From positions 1,302,001-1,366,000 of the forward strand of contig MU053652.1 in the NCBI GenBank assembly GCA_013239625.1: 64,000 nucleotides of DNA, in the 5' to 3' direction. The position numbers and the translations under genes are program-made. The notes below the pieces were generated by a model that was not told the origin of the DNA, did no database searches, and saw nothing but the letters and a program-made list of their open reading frames with translations. Source of the stretch: Lama guanicoe (Eukaryota). Shown here piece after piece: positions 37,871 to 50,470 of the stretch; the stretch's first letter is position 1, and every line of letters begins with the position of its first letter.

Positions 37871-40597
37871 CCACACCTGAGCGTTTAGGTGTTGTCCAGT
37901 ATCAGCTTTAATGTTTGTCAGTTCTACACCGAAAAGGTTAAATCCTGCTGGTTGTTTTGATAGTTTTTTGGTTAGTAAGTTAACTCTTTCTGGCTTCTAA
38001 TACAACTTTTTAGATCCTGATAGTAAAACTTGATCAGTGCTGCCTCATAAACTGAAAATGTTAAGCATTCAAAATGTGTAATTTTCTTCCTGGGAAAATT
38101 GGACGAAAAGGGAATAAACAAGGTCATATTACTTAGCAACTGCAGCCACAAACTCCCAAGAGTTATTTTAATATCTCGTTGTGCTGCTTTTACTTTGAAG
38201 TAAGAAATTCATAGTCATTCAAGCAGTTTAGAAATGGTTTTGAGGCATTCATTCATATGTTCATAGTGTTGCTGTAGGAAGGTCATCTCATTTTATCTCT
38301 AGAAAGAAAACAAACTTTCTGTGACCATTTTATCAACTATTTCGATGGTTATTTCATTAGTCTGGGTTGCCTGCTCCTGGAACATGCATCGCCTGGATGT
38401 TCTTCAGGAAAATGTGTGTTTTCCTGTAGTCTTGTTGGCCCTCTGGAAGGGAAGGCAAGACCAAGACCGTATTATAACAGAGCGGAGTCGAGATTCTCCC
38501 AGGATCTTCTAGAATGAAGGACCCCTCAGCCCCCAGGATATCTTAGAGACGTGAGTTCTTTGGATGATTAATGTGTCTTGCTGTCTAACTTCTCAATTAT
38601 GAACTTGAATTGATTTGCTCTGCTAAATCCACTCTGCTCTTGGCATTCCTCAGAATGGTGGGGTTTGGCACAGCGTGAAGAGAGCCATAAAAGCCCTGGT
38701 GGCTTGCGGAGCTGAGGGAGATTAGAGAGCTTAGTTGGATGCTGTTACAGTGTTCAGATCAACAGGGTATGGGGGTATGTATTGCTTTTACTTTACAGAC
38801 TCCTCCGGATTTCAGCAGCTACTCGCATACACACTGCAGTCAACCCCATACAATTAAGAAGGAGAGGGAATTATACAAGCTGGGCAAAAGAGAGCAATGC
38901 AAAGGGAATGGTGAAAAATAGATTGTCATTAAGAAGAAAAGTACTTTACTAGTTTGTCACCTGTGGAGAGAGTTGCTAATTAAATTCTAAGGTCATGGTT
39001 ACAACAAATGAGCAGTTTTTAAAAGCCTTTACTTATAGTGGGTGGCATATCTTCTATTACATCATAAAGTATCAGGCTCATCTGTATGATTAATTTGCTT
39101 TTTTGATTACTTGACTTCTTCTTTGTCAATTAGTACCTTATTTTCTGTGTTCCTCTGTGCAGACAGAAAATAATGCCAACAATGATAATAAAGAGAAATG
39201 ACAAAAGAACAGATTATTGCTAGCTCACTGTGCTCCTTACGTGAAGAAATTATTTTGCATTTTTACGACTGGATGAAGTCTGTTGTAAAAATATCTCACT
39301 GAGTGAAGCTGGGTCAGCCATTTCAAGGGATTATTTAAAACAGGGTAGAATCACAGTTGACCACTGACATCTGAGAGCCTGAACACAAACAATCCTTTTT
39401 GGGGAGAGGGAGGCGATAAACTCAATTTATGGGGTAAAAGAACCTTTTGGTATTTTCCCCCTCAGGTGCTTTCTGAACAGTTGTCAGTGATTCTAGATGA
39501 TGTGGGTAGCTCATATACACTAAGTTACATATGTGTTTTGGCTATGCACTGTGTTATAACAAATTAAACACAGTAGTTAAAAGCATAACTTTGTGGTAGC
39601 TCTGCCTTGGTAGGTTGTGCTAGTTTGCATTTATCAACCGAGAGAGAGATTGTTCCTTTGACATGTGGAAATTTTGTACTGGCTTCCTCATTCATTTTGA
39701 AAGCAAGGCAGTTTCTCTGTGCTTTCTGTAGTTACCAAGAGTTTCAGGAGCAGATAAGCTTCTGTGGTCCAGGAGTTTAGCTGTTGAAGACAATAGAAGC
39801 CAGTGTCACTTTTAATTGTAATGCCGTTAACAAGTGACAAAGGTTTCAGTTAAAGTTAAGCATGTACCTTGAGTTGCTCTGAATTTTTTTTAAATCATTA
39901 AGTAAAGGTAGTTCACTTAAAATGCACTTAGATGTTAATTGTTAGGTAGACAATTAATTAGGCCCAGGATCACATATCTTTTGTTAATGTAATTGAAAGT
40001 TATTTATAGCTTTGGTTCAAAGACTGAACTCTTTTGCATTTTTACCTGCCTACCTAAAGAAAGTTCATTATTGCAGATAGTCCAGAGGTAGCAAGCTGGG
40101 TGGACTTTTTTCTATTTGTTCTCTAGGGGCAAAAAAAAATCGATACAGTGTAGTGAGTCTTGGGATCTTATCCTTAATTCATTATTCAACAAGTCCTCCA
40201 AATGCTCTGTCTTTTCTGTTAACTTCTCTGAATTTTCTAATGGGAAATGTGGTTTGGGTAACCTTGAAATGGTTTTTTAATCTGACTTTAAGGATATGAA
40301 ACATTTTTTTTTTCTGGGATGAGCTGTTAAAAATGTGCATTCTATTAAAATTATCCCTTTAAATGGTGCCAGTTTTTCTATGCTAAACTTTAGAGAAAAG
40401 ATTTGCAAATCATGGGATCAGCACTTAATTTGGGGCTCTATTTACCATGTAGGCTGTCAAGAAGCATTAACCTTAAGGTAAGATGAGAACATGGAGTCCA
40501 CAGCTATGAGCTGATGGCAGAGAGTACACCAGGTATTAAATAGCATTATCCATCCTGCTTGCTACAGTAAATAGGATTTCACTGTTATGATGTGTCA

Positions 40598-40769
40598 NNN
40601 NNNNNNNNNNNNNNNNNNNNNNNNNNNNNNNNNNNNNNNNNNNNNNNNNNNNNNNNNNNNNNNNNNNNNNNNNNNNNNNNNNNNNNNNNNNNNNNNNNNN
40701 NNNNNNNNNNNNNNNNNNNNNNNNNNNNNNNNNNNNNNNNNNNNNNNNNNNNNNNNNNNNNNNNNNNNN
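40598..40769. other. Assembly gap (172 N)
   Basis: Run of N seen directly. Confidence 1.
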
Positions 40770-43269
40770 GAATGGACCACTGTGCTTTGCAGCGATAGCC
40801 GCAGGGCTCTGAGAAAGAGATAATATAGCGTTCAGCTTTAAAGCCCATATTGCCTTTTTGTGAGTGCATGTAATGATCTTTAAGTGCCAAGATGCCAGCA
40901 ATATGGGTTGCATACTTTCTCAACTCTTCACATTTCCTTTACCTTGTGAAAGACAGTAAAATAGATTCTGTTTACTATGACGGTTTTAAAAATGATTTGC
41001 CACTTCAATGTGTAAAGATAAGGTAAGAAATAAAGCATTACGAAATCCAGGGAAAATTAATTCCATTTTTAAAGATTCTGTTCATTTTGTCTGGGGAGGC
41101 TCAATAGGCTGTTTTATTTGAAAAACAATACCCTCTTTCCTTTCCTTGGGATCTTTTCTTGCTATTGATCAGAATACTGTAGCCAAGAAGTCATTGTGTT
41201 TCCTGTGTATTTCCTGTATATGTGATTGAAAATGAGCTAAATCTCTTGAATTTTCTTTGCATCTAATTTTGTAATTAGTGATTGTTTTGCTTCTTGATAT
41301 CTTGTTTGTTTATAAATTTCGAATGTACTCCATTTAGGCAGACCAGCCAATGCTTATTTCCCTATTTTACTGACTAAAAAATTAAAATACATGAATATTA
41401 ATTTTTTTAAGGAAATTGCAGGGCTGGTGTTAGAAAATGCTCTTGAATCGCAGTTTTATGTTCAGATCATGAGCCAGCTGTGCCTCCATAAGGGATTGCG
41501 TTTCAACACATTAGCTTCATTAAGAAAGATGTATTTGGTCATTGAAACATTTGCAAATAATATTAGCTCATAACATCATCAAATAAGAAGTGCCCATATC
41601 TGAACTTGCTATATAAAGCAGGTTGGCACAGTAAGGTCAGCATTTAATGAAGGGAATCTGAATCCAGTTTAGCCATGGAGACTAAGATAGGAGTTTGACC
41701 TTGGTCATTCTTATCAGAATTTTGGGCGGCTAGAGGGAGTCCTTGGCATTCACCATTCATTCAGACACACATTTGTTAAACTCCAGTGAGCCAGGTACTG
41801 TACATAGAGAGACAAACAGCACAGACACTCGTTGTCATCTGGTACAGGGCTTTTAATTGCCACAGTATATCTGTGGAGGCTATGCCAGGTGATTATTTTC
41901 CAGAGCAGAAATTTTTTATGAGGAGTAGGTGCTACTTTTGTCCCTTAAAGTTCTGAAGATCATGGGATTTAGAGGAGAATGTAGTGGCCTGGAGAGATCC
42001 ATCAGGTTAAATGCTCAGATAAAGACCCAATGAACTGGTTCCCTAAATAGCTGTCCTTGAAAATAAATGATCAATGTGTAAGCTCCATGAAGACCCGAAC
42101 TGTTTCCCTTTGATGACCATGAGAATGCCTGGCACATAATAGGGACTAGAAAACTTTTTAATATTAATGTGCTAGATAGGAAGTGGGATGGGTTCCATGG
42201 CCAAATAATTTTGAGATATGTTAGACTTAACTAAGCAGAACATATTTCTTTACTGTACGCCTTCTCGGAGTTTATATACATTCAGAGCTTCCAAGGTAAG
42301 GATGCTGCCTGCCATGTTTCAGCATTATAGTCAGACTGTAGAATCTTTTTTCCAAGATACACTCATTAACTTATCCCAGCACACCATCTGATATTTTCTG
42401 TGCCCTGCATAATGCCAGTACTTACATGTTTTTCAGTCCTTCCTGATTTGTATCTTAGACTGTAGAGGCCAAGAAGCCATAGAGTTTCACTGAGAGTTCC
42501 TGATTTGCGGGCTTCTGAGGATCTGCAGCCATCCTGGAATTGCCTGCCTTTGCTCTGTGTCCTCAAAAAATGGGCAGATGAGAAAGAGGCTTACAGATCC
42601 TAAAGTTCCTCTGATTCTTAACTCTCCTCGTAATCTCTGGTCTCTCTGAGTCTTTGAGAAAGTTATACCCATGCTATCTCAGTTTTGTGTTTGCATTCAC
42701 ATTCCCAATTCAAGCTTACATTATCGCAGGCTCCCCAGAAGGGGGAGCGATGGGTAGTGGGGTTTCATCAGGGACACAGAATCTCACCCATTAACCCAAG
42801 AGTCGTACATCCTCATGTGAAGAATTGGGCATGTGACTCAGCAGAATGCCAACAAGGATCCAGGGCCCCCATAGGAATTCCCTTCTCTTTCATAAAATGA
42901 AGTAGGAGGGTAACCAAATTTGATAAATATTTAATTACCACTGTGGGTCTTTAACCCACAAGTGTTTGCCAGGATCTAGAGCTGGAGGAACAAGTGAAAG
43001 AAAGATGTATCAACGTCTTCCGTTCTTCAGAACCTCGAATTTTCTGTGACCCTTCAGAAAGAGTTTATAGGACTGGCTGTTATTTGGTGAGGAAGCAGTA
43101 AGGTTTGCTTGCCTAGGTCAGAAAGTCATGCAGTCTTTGAATCCTAGTATGTTGAATGAAGGTCAGCAGTCACGTGCTCTGTAATCTCATTTGCTTTCAG
43201 AGATGTTTAAGCACAGGAGTTCAGGGGGAATAGTGTGGCCACAGCACTGCCCCCTCACACTTGTTTCAC

Positions 43270-43382
43270 ACAGGATCTGTGAGAGCAGGAGCCCCATCTG
43301 TTCACTGCTGTACCCTCAGTACCTAGAACAGTGCCTGGTACATAGTAGGTGTGTGACAAATCTTTGATAAGTAAACGAGTAA
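43270..43382 (+). mobile_element. LINE-2 3' end
   Basis: tgttcactgctgtaccctcagtacctagaacagtgcctggtacatagtaggtg. Confidence 0.85.
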
Positions 43383-44221
43383 GGGAGTTTTCAGCAAGCG
43401 AAAGGCTTTAATCTCAAAAGTGGCCCATGTAATTGAGATATGCATCTTCCGAGTGACTGACCGTGCGCCTTACCTCAAGTTATCACCCATCCTGCAGGTT
43501 TTTGCACAGATTCAGGCGAGGATCCCTCTGCTCCACTCATGCTAGCTACTGATACAAATGCAACTGCATGTCTTATTTACATAAAATTAAATGGTCAGTG
43601 TAGGTGCTACTATTTGAGCAAACCTTTGAAGTAAATTAAATCATATTGCCTTAGTGATGTTCTTATCCATACTTTTACGTGACTTCTTGGCAGGGGTAAT
43701 CAATTTTAACCACAAACCCTTTCCTAATTAAAACACCCAGATTCATGTATTATCCCCAAACTCGGCTTTTGGTGAAAATGTTCGTGGGTACTTTGCACTG
43801 TGGACATCCCGGCTGTTCCAGAGCTGTTGACCAAGAAATGTGGTATCAGTATCATCAGGATCTTATTAAAACAGCCACCATTGATTGATGGATTATTACA
43901 AGCCACGCAGTACACAAAATGATTTAACACAATCATTTTGGCCCTAGAACAGACCACTAGGGGAAGATATTTTCTCTTTTCACCACCTGACCAGTTACTG
44001 ACTTTGTTCTTGAGGCTCAGAGACATCAAGTAGCTTGCCCTAAAGTTTCCCAGCCGGTGTAGCCAGACCTCTGTGTTTCTCCTCACAGACAGTGTCTCCT
44101 TCTGTGTGACCAGTGGTAGATTCTGATACTCCCATGAGGCTTTCTGGCTTATATGCATTTCCACTCCCATTGCTCAGATTTTAAGAAGAATTTTGGTAGA
44201 AATGGGCATGACTTGACTTGA

Positions 44222-44290
44222 CTTTTCTTTTCTTTTCTTTTCTTTTCTTTTCTTTTCTTTTCTTTTCTTTTCTTTTCTTTTCTTTTCTTT
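44222..44290. repeat. (CTTTT)n pentanucleotide microsatellite, 13 perfect units plus CTTT
   Basis: Seen directly. Confidence 0.97.
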
Positions 44291-45946
44291 AGTGCCAGTA
44301 AAGTAACAGATTCTCAGCCACATTTACTTTAGCAGTGTTTGTACTTGGCTTCTTTTATAAACCAAGCACCAGTAGTGTTACTTAATAGTGGGTCATGTTC
44401 CACAGTAAAGAGAAATTAAACCAGTTTCATTATAGGGCATGATCAGGTGATGGGTACACTCAGTATGGCTTTAGTACAGAGAGTAAATTGATAGGAGAGA
44501 TGCTAACAGTAAGGAAGCAGTAACGGATCTGTCAGTCGGGCCTTCTCTGAGGGATGGAGCGAAAAGGTGGTGGTCCTGAAAATTCTAGGGGGATAAATAA
44601 GCAGAAATAAAAGTTACAAGCCCAGCTAGACCAGCCCAGGTGATGGTGATGAGACTTAGTGTGATGGCAACGAGAGAAGAGGGTGGAGGGTCCAAGAATG
44701 ATCTTCTAGCTCTTGCTGCTACTTGGGCATTTTTGCCCCCACCATCTTCCTTTACCATAGCCTACTTTGCAGAATCATTTGTTCCTAGTAGATCTCTGAC
44801 ATAGCCCTTCAACTCAACCCTGTGCCCACAGCACTTCAGCCTGCCTAGCCTGCTGTTTAGTTTGTGAACGTATGGAATCTTGGAGTGTAAACTTTCTGCA
44901 AATTTAATTATAGTCATGCAAATATGAGTTTACTGTCAATTTCCTTTCTTGAGTTTAAGGCCAGAGGTGTTGCTCCTATCTTAGAGTTATTTGAACTTCA
45001 GTGCTGGAGCTTCCCTAGACTCTGCCTGAGAACTAACCAGAGTAATCAAATAAATCTCAGAAATACACAATTCAGTTAACTATCCTTAAGCCATTCCTGC
45101 ATGTAACCTCTGTGATTTTCCATCTTCTGCTTCCATGGTGTTCACTAGGAAATCCTCAAGCTTGCTGTCTCTGTGCATAGCTCTGCTCTTTCTCAGGGAT
45201 GTTGTCTTACATTCCCAGGTGTTGTGCATAGTAGCTCCTGTGATACATGCACTCAGTCACTGTTCATCTCTGCTATCTCATCCTTTCTCCTTACCTGGCC
45301 TCTCATTTCTTCTTAATAGAACTTAATCGTAGAACTTAATCTAAATTTAAACTTCTAGAACTTAACCATAATGTAGTCTCTACTGTACCTGGAAGGACTG
45401 TAAGTGTTGTGAGGTAGAGTGGAAATAGAAGTGAGAGGAGAGTAGTTCAGGGCTGAGAGTTAGGATCCTTGGTTAGGCAATCCATGTGTTGAGAAGATGC
45501 GTGTTTGTTTGTCTATCGTTAAAATGAAAATGTAACTAGAACTACAATGAGTGCTTTTCTGTAATCCCAGAAAAATAATACATAGTAAATTATAACTGCC
45601 TATTCTCTCATGATATAGTTTCTCTAAATTGTAGAAATTTGGCAGACATTCCTAGAACTATTTGTTAAAATTCAATAGCATGTAATTAAAGACAGTGACT
45701 GCTGTTTCTCTTCTGCATACATTGAAAAATTACATTATGTATCATTTGAATTTGACCCTGAACTCAGTTCCCAAAGGAATAACATCAGAAATACAAAAGG
45801 GTAGATATTTTAGTCTAAATAGAGGCACAAGTTACATAGAGTAACTACGTTTATAGAAATGTCAGTTCTACTCCAGCTATTTAAGAGTATGTGAAAGATA
45901 GTTGCTGAATGAGCATTACTTTACACATGGCCAAATGAAACAGCGA

Positions 45947-45999
45947 TTATGATGAAATTCTAGGTTTTATGATGAAATTCTAAGTTTTAAATTCTAGGT
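45947..45999. repeat. Short tandem duplication, 20-bp unit ttatgatgaaattctaRgtt x2 plus a partial third copy
   Basis: Seen directly. Confidence 0.9.
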
Positions 46000-46669
46000 G
46001 TTGATGATTAAAAACAGTATTAATACAACCTGGATGCTATTTTAATGAAATGGAATATTTTATAGACATTGAAGTTTACTGCTCCTTGGAATTTTTGTGT
46101 TTATCTAGTACAGAAGTATACTTTTTCAGACAAGGATAGAGAAATCTAGAGGTTTAAAAATTGGCTTTATGTAGTTGAGAAAGTTGCATTGTTTACCTAG
46201 TCATTATTATTGTCTCATCAAATAGGTTCTAAGTAACTGAATGATTGTTTTCCAGAACTGACTTGTGTTGGAGTGCCCATTCCAAATATTGCAGAGGTGG
46301 CTGAAATATAATGAATATTTGGGAACCATTCCTTAGGTTTTATGAAACTTAAACAATAAAATTTCACTAGCTTTGTTGATATGGTACAAAGCAGACATGG
46401 AGTAGTTTTTTTTAATTAGTTGCTATACTGAACAAAAGAAGTTTTCAGTAGAACTCACCTGATTTGTTCTGTCAGAGTAAAGGACAGCTAATCTACTGAT
46501 TTGTTCCAGTTGCTAACTTTCATGTGCCCACAAATGCTTGTCTTTTGGTCATTGCCTAAGATATTTAAGAATAACTCCAGACCTCAGAATGTTAGGGGAA
46601 TGGGCTTAGGTAATTCTGGAATACATCAAAGGCTTGAAATCCCTCCCTCACCTTAAGGTGGATATAATG

Positions 46670-46830
46670 GCATCCAGAACAAGTGGATATGGATTCAAAT
46701 GTTCATCTTTCTACCTGCCGGCTCTTTGTCCTTGGAAACACTATATAACCTGTTTGACCCTCAGAGCCCTGTAAAGTGATTTTCAAAACATATTTCCTGA
46801 GAGTGTAGAGAGGAAATAAAATATTATATG
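46670..46830 (+). mobile_element. MIR SINE
   Basis: tggattcaaatgttcatctttctacctgccggctctttgtccttggaaacactatataacctgtttgaccctcag. Confidence 0.6.
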
Positions 46831-47301
46831 TGAATTTATAAGGATATTAAATTGGGATAACATCAGCTATCATCATCATTAGGCTCCACCATCTAGGAGA
46901 TTGATAATTACGTGCTGTTTGAGGTAACTTGTTGGAAGAAAAAAACCCTAGAAAAAACATCTAGTATTTTGTCATGTTGAAATGTTATATTGAATTTTGC
47001 CAGAAGGAATAGAATCATTCACTCAATTGTAGAACTATTTTGTAATATAGAAATAACTTTTTAAAAACCTGCAAGTTAGGCCTATATAATCTTTTAGATT
47101 TTCAGAACTGTTTAATGTACTTCATTTTATTTGTAAAAAGGGATTTCTCTTGTATGTATTTCACTTCACATTTGGCAGACGATACGTATCAAAGATAGTA
47201 ATCTGGGTACTTCAGTGTACTTAAGCTTATGTTTTTCTGTCTTCCTCCATCTTTTGAGAGAGGCTGTTGTGAATCTTTGTTCACTTAGTTGAATGCATAA
47301 A

Positions 47302-47446
47302 TAAGTCATTTTCAACCTGAAAAAGTCAATGTTCAACCAGCTCTGTGTTTGTTTTGTTTTTTTGGTTTTTCTGTTGGGGAATTAAAATAACAGCAACAAA
47401 CTCAGAGCTGGTTGAACTTTGACTTTTCCAGGTTGAAAATGACTTA
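47302..47446. repeat. Long inverted repeat: 52-bp arms (49/52 complementary), 41-nt spacer
   Basis: Left arm 47302-47353 aligned by eye, without gaps, to the reverse complement of 47395-47446; 3 mismatches. Confidence 0.95.
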
Positions 47447-49499
47447 CTTACTAAATCCTGGGTTGCTGTAATATCCAATGTTGTAATATTGGAGCCCAGC
47501 TCCTAAAGACCAGGGACTGAACACACAAAGGAAGAGAGACCAGATTCTAGAGACTACAGTTGTGAAGCTTGGTGGCACCAGCTTTAAGGAAGTTGCTGGT
47601 GTGTGGAGAGCATAGGGACAGAGAGGGCTGTAGAATCCAGAGGGAGTACTACACAGCTTATGTCCAAGGTTTGTGTTTGTGTTCGTGGTTTTTTTTTTTA
47701 ATGTTTGCCTTTGATTTTAATCTTATGTTGGAAGCCTGGTGATTAAGGATTCACTTCTTCACTGTGATTTTTGGATCAGTCTTGGCAGAGTTTTATTTAA
47801 CTAGTAAGAAGTACAGAATTAGTCATTTTTTCCCCCCTCTTCTTATTACCCATTAAAATGGAATGAATGACGAGGAGGAAGCATGAAAGCATGGATAAGG
47901 ACAGGTCTCAGGGTTGTGTTGGAGCAAGAAGCCATGGGGCAAAGAATCACAGAGGGGTGATTCCTTGACAGACACTGCTTTTCTAATGATGGATTTCACA
48001 GTTGAGGATATTCTTGGTTAAAAGGGTCTTTTCTTGAAAAATGAGGCTTTTATTTTGATATTCCTGAGAGGCAGAAAATATCTCTGGTGGGGTCATAGCT
48101 TCAGAAAAATGACAGAGGGATGTTGATATTAATATTGTAGATTTCATTCTACAGAAAACTGCTAGATCAGGCTTAATTCTGGCATGTCTCATCATTTTTG
48201 TGCAGTTTATATAAGGATCTATGAAAAGAACTCACGGAAGAGCAAAATCACTGAAGTCCTTTTAATTATAAAATGAAGAGTCTCCGCATATTGTTGGCCA
48301 GCTCAGACGAAAATCACAGTGGACTGTGTTATCTTCTTTAAAAATGGACCCTTTTTGACTAGGTTCCTCAAGGCATTTTAAGGTTAGAGAATTTTCATAA
48401 AACTAAATGACTAAATACTTCAGTCTGAAAAAAAATCACTGAACAGTAACCTTTCAGAAAGGTTTCTCTATATGAACTTGTAATGTCTTTCTCATGTAAA
48501 TTCATTTTCATATTTCTCCTGCAACTTCCTGTTGTCTTTACTGCGTCTGCCTCAAAAAACAAATCAAAAAACCCAACTAATCCTGGTTAGTCCCTTTAAA
48601 TTATCTTTTATATATGCAAGTCTTGTATTTTTAAATCCCTTGAATTATAGTATATTTTAATTATCAAAGTATTTAGTTGATACAAATTATGGGCATTATA
48701 AGGATTAAACCCAGTTTCTCAATTGTGGATGAATGCCTTTTTATTTGAATATGTTACAGTTTAAAGATAAAGGCATAACTATCTATTGTAAATTGCTTTT
48801 TCTTTCTCATTTTCTCTGTGGTACAAAATACGGTAAAATACCTGCTACCTCGCCACCTTGAACACCCACACAGCAGTCTAAAAATTTTCCCATAGTCTAT
48901 TTTATATAATATACTTTCTGGATCATCCCATTATCCAAAGAAAACCGTTTTTCTTTTGAGAAAATTACAGCTCTTAAAGTTTATCCACATACGAAAACAA
49001 GATACTGGTAGATAGTCTTTCTGCTTTGTAATTCTCATTATTCATTTATCCTAAAATCAGTAATGGCAGTAAAATACTACATGTTCATGGGAAGTATTTT
49101 TTAAGCTGAAATACTGACTTTTATTTAACGTATTTCTAGAAATAACTTTTATCTGTGAACATTTTAAAGAAGAGAGAAGTGTTTGATTTCAGTTAACAAG
49201 TGAAATAACAATTCTCAAATATGTATTTCATAAAACTACTTTTTATGTTCCTCAGTCAGTTTTGTTTATTTCAAGGGTGACTGTCCTTCAGTTTCTTGAT
49301 CCCATCTGTGATTTAAAATACTTTTAGATAATTTCCTTGGATTTTTATAAACTTCTGAAAAGTAATTATTACTTCAACAATATTTTAATTAATTTTTAAA
49401 ACAAGCATTTTAGTACCCTTCTTACTAATCATTTAGAACTTTTGCTGGACATTTTGCTTCTCTTTTCTTGGTCACCACGAGCTGTCCACCAGACTGAGT

Positions 49500-49815
49500 C
49501 ATTGATTTAATATTTATTTAGAGTGGACTCTACAGAAGGCTCCATTTTAGGCTCTGCGGAAATAACAGTGGGAAGCAGGGGGAAATACCATTTTTATAGT
49601 GTTAGCACTCAGTTAATACCAGATAGTCAATAACAAATATACTTTATGTCAAATGGTGATGAGTTCTGTGAAGAAAAATAACTCACAATAAGGGGAGAGA
49701 ACATGACAGTGCGTGGAGGGGTGGAGATACCGTTTCATGCAGCAGGCTCTGATTAGGTGCCACTTATGCAGGGACATGAACGCCCGGCGTGTAGGGGAAG
49801 AGCCTTCTGGCAGGT
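49500..49815 (-). mobile_element. LINE-2 3' end
   Basis: atatttatttagagtggactctacagaaggctccattttaggctctgcggaaataacagtg...atgtcaaatggtgatgagttctgtgaagaaaaataa. Confidence 0.7.
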
Positions 49816-50234
49816 GCTGTCGAGTACCGGTTGCCCAGATCTTTCGCCTTGATTCCGTGCCATTTATTGCTTTAGTGTATTCTTCACTATCTTTTCAGCA
49901 AGTGCCAGGTTTGCTTTTCAAGTACTACAATATCTGTCTTGCCAAGCCTGGCAGACGGTGCTCATTTCAGTCTGTACTTTGTTAGATCAGCTTTATGCTG
50001 AGTTCAAATGGCACTCTGATTTCAAGAGTGATTCTAATTCTTGTTCTCCTAGAAGAATGGTAAATGATACTGTGGATCTGGTAGATGAATATTGAAGTAT
50101 TGTTAAAAAAAAATTCCTCATCAAGTGAAAATGTGCCTGAGTCTGCCTGTGACCTTAGACTCCTTGCCTTAAGCCTCCCTCAGACCGCAGTCCAAGTCAA
50201 CGTGAATAACCCTACCGAGCTCTTTGAAAGGTAG

Positions 50235-50470
50235 AATGGCAACATTTATCGTCAGCTTACCATTTGCCAGCACTCTGCAATGAGCTTTACAATGCATTAT
50301 TTCATTTAACTTTTCATGCTGTTCTGGATGGTTATCCTCATTTTACAGACACGGAGAGCGAGGCAGAATAATGGTGTGTACTTTATCCAAGGTCATGGAG
50401 ATAGGAAGTAGTAGAGCCGGGATTTGAACCCTGGAAGTCTAAGCCCACGTTCTCAACCTCTACACTACAC
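50235..50470 (-). mobile_element. MIR SINE, near full length
   Basis: tatcctcattttacagacacggagagcgaggcag...ccaaggtcatggagataggaagtagtagagccgggatttgaaccc. Confidence 0.88.

Noticed and set aside
40536-40923. ORFs spanning the N run
   Set aside because: Artefacts of translating ambiguous bases
43724-44170. 148-aa minus-strand ORF
   Set aside because: Overlaps MIR-like sequence (about 43860-44070); no homology or exon structure recognised
45317-45367. Short repeated units (tagaacttaa x3 here; ttctatga repeats near 58723-58763) as a CRISPR-like or other array
   Set aside because: Few copies, irregular spacing, eukaryotic context; ordinary slippage duplications
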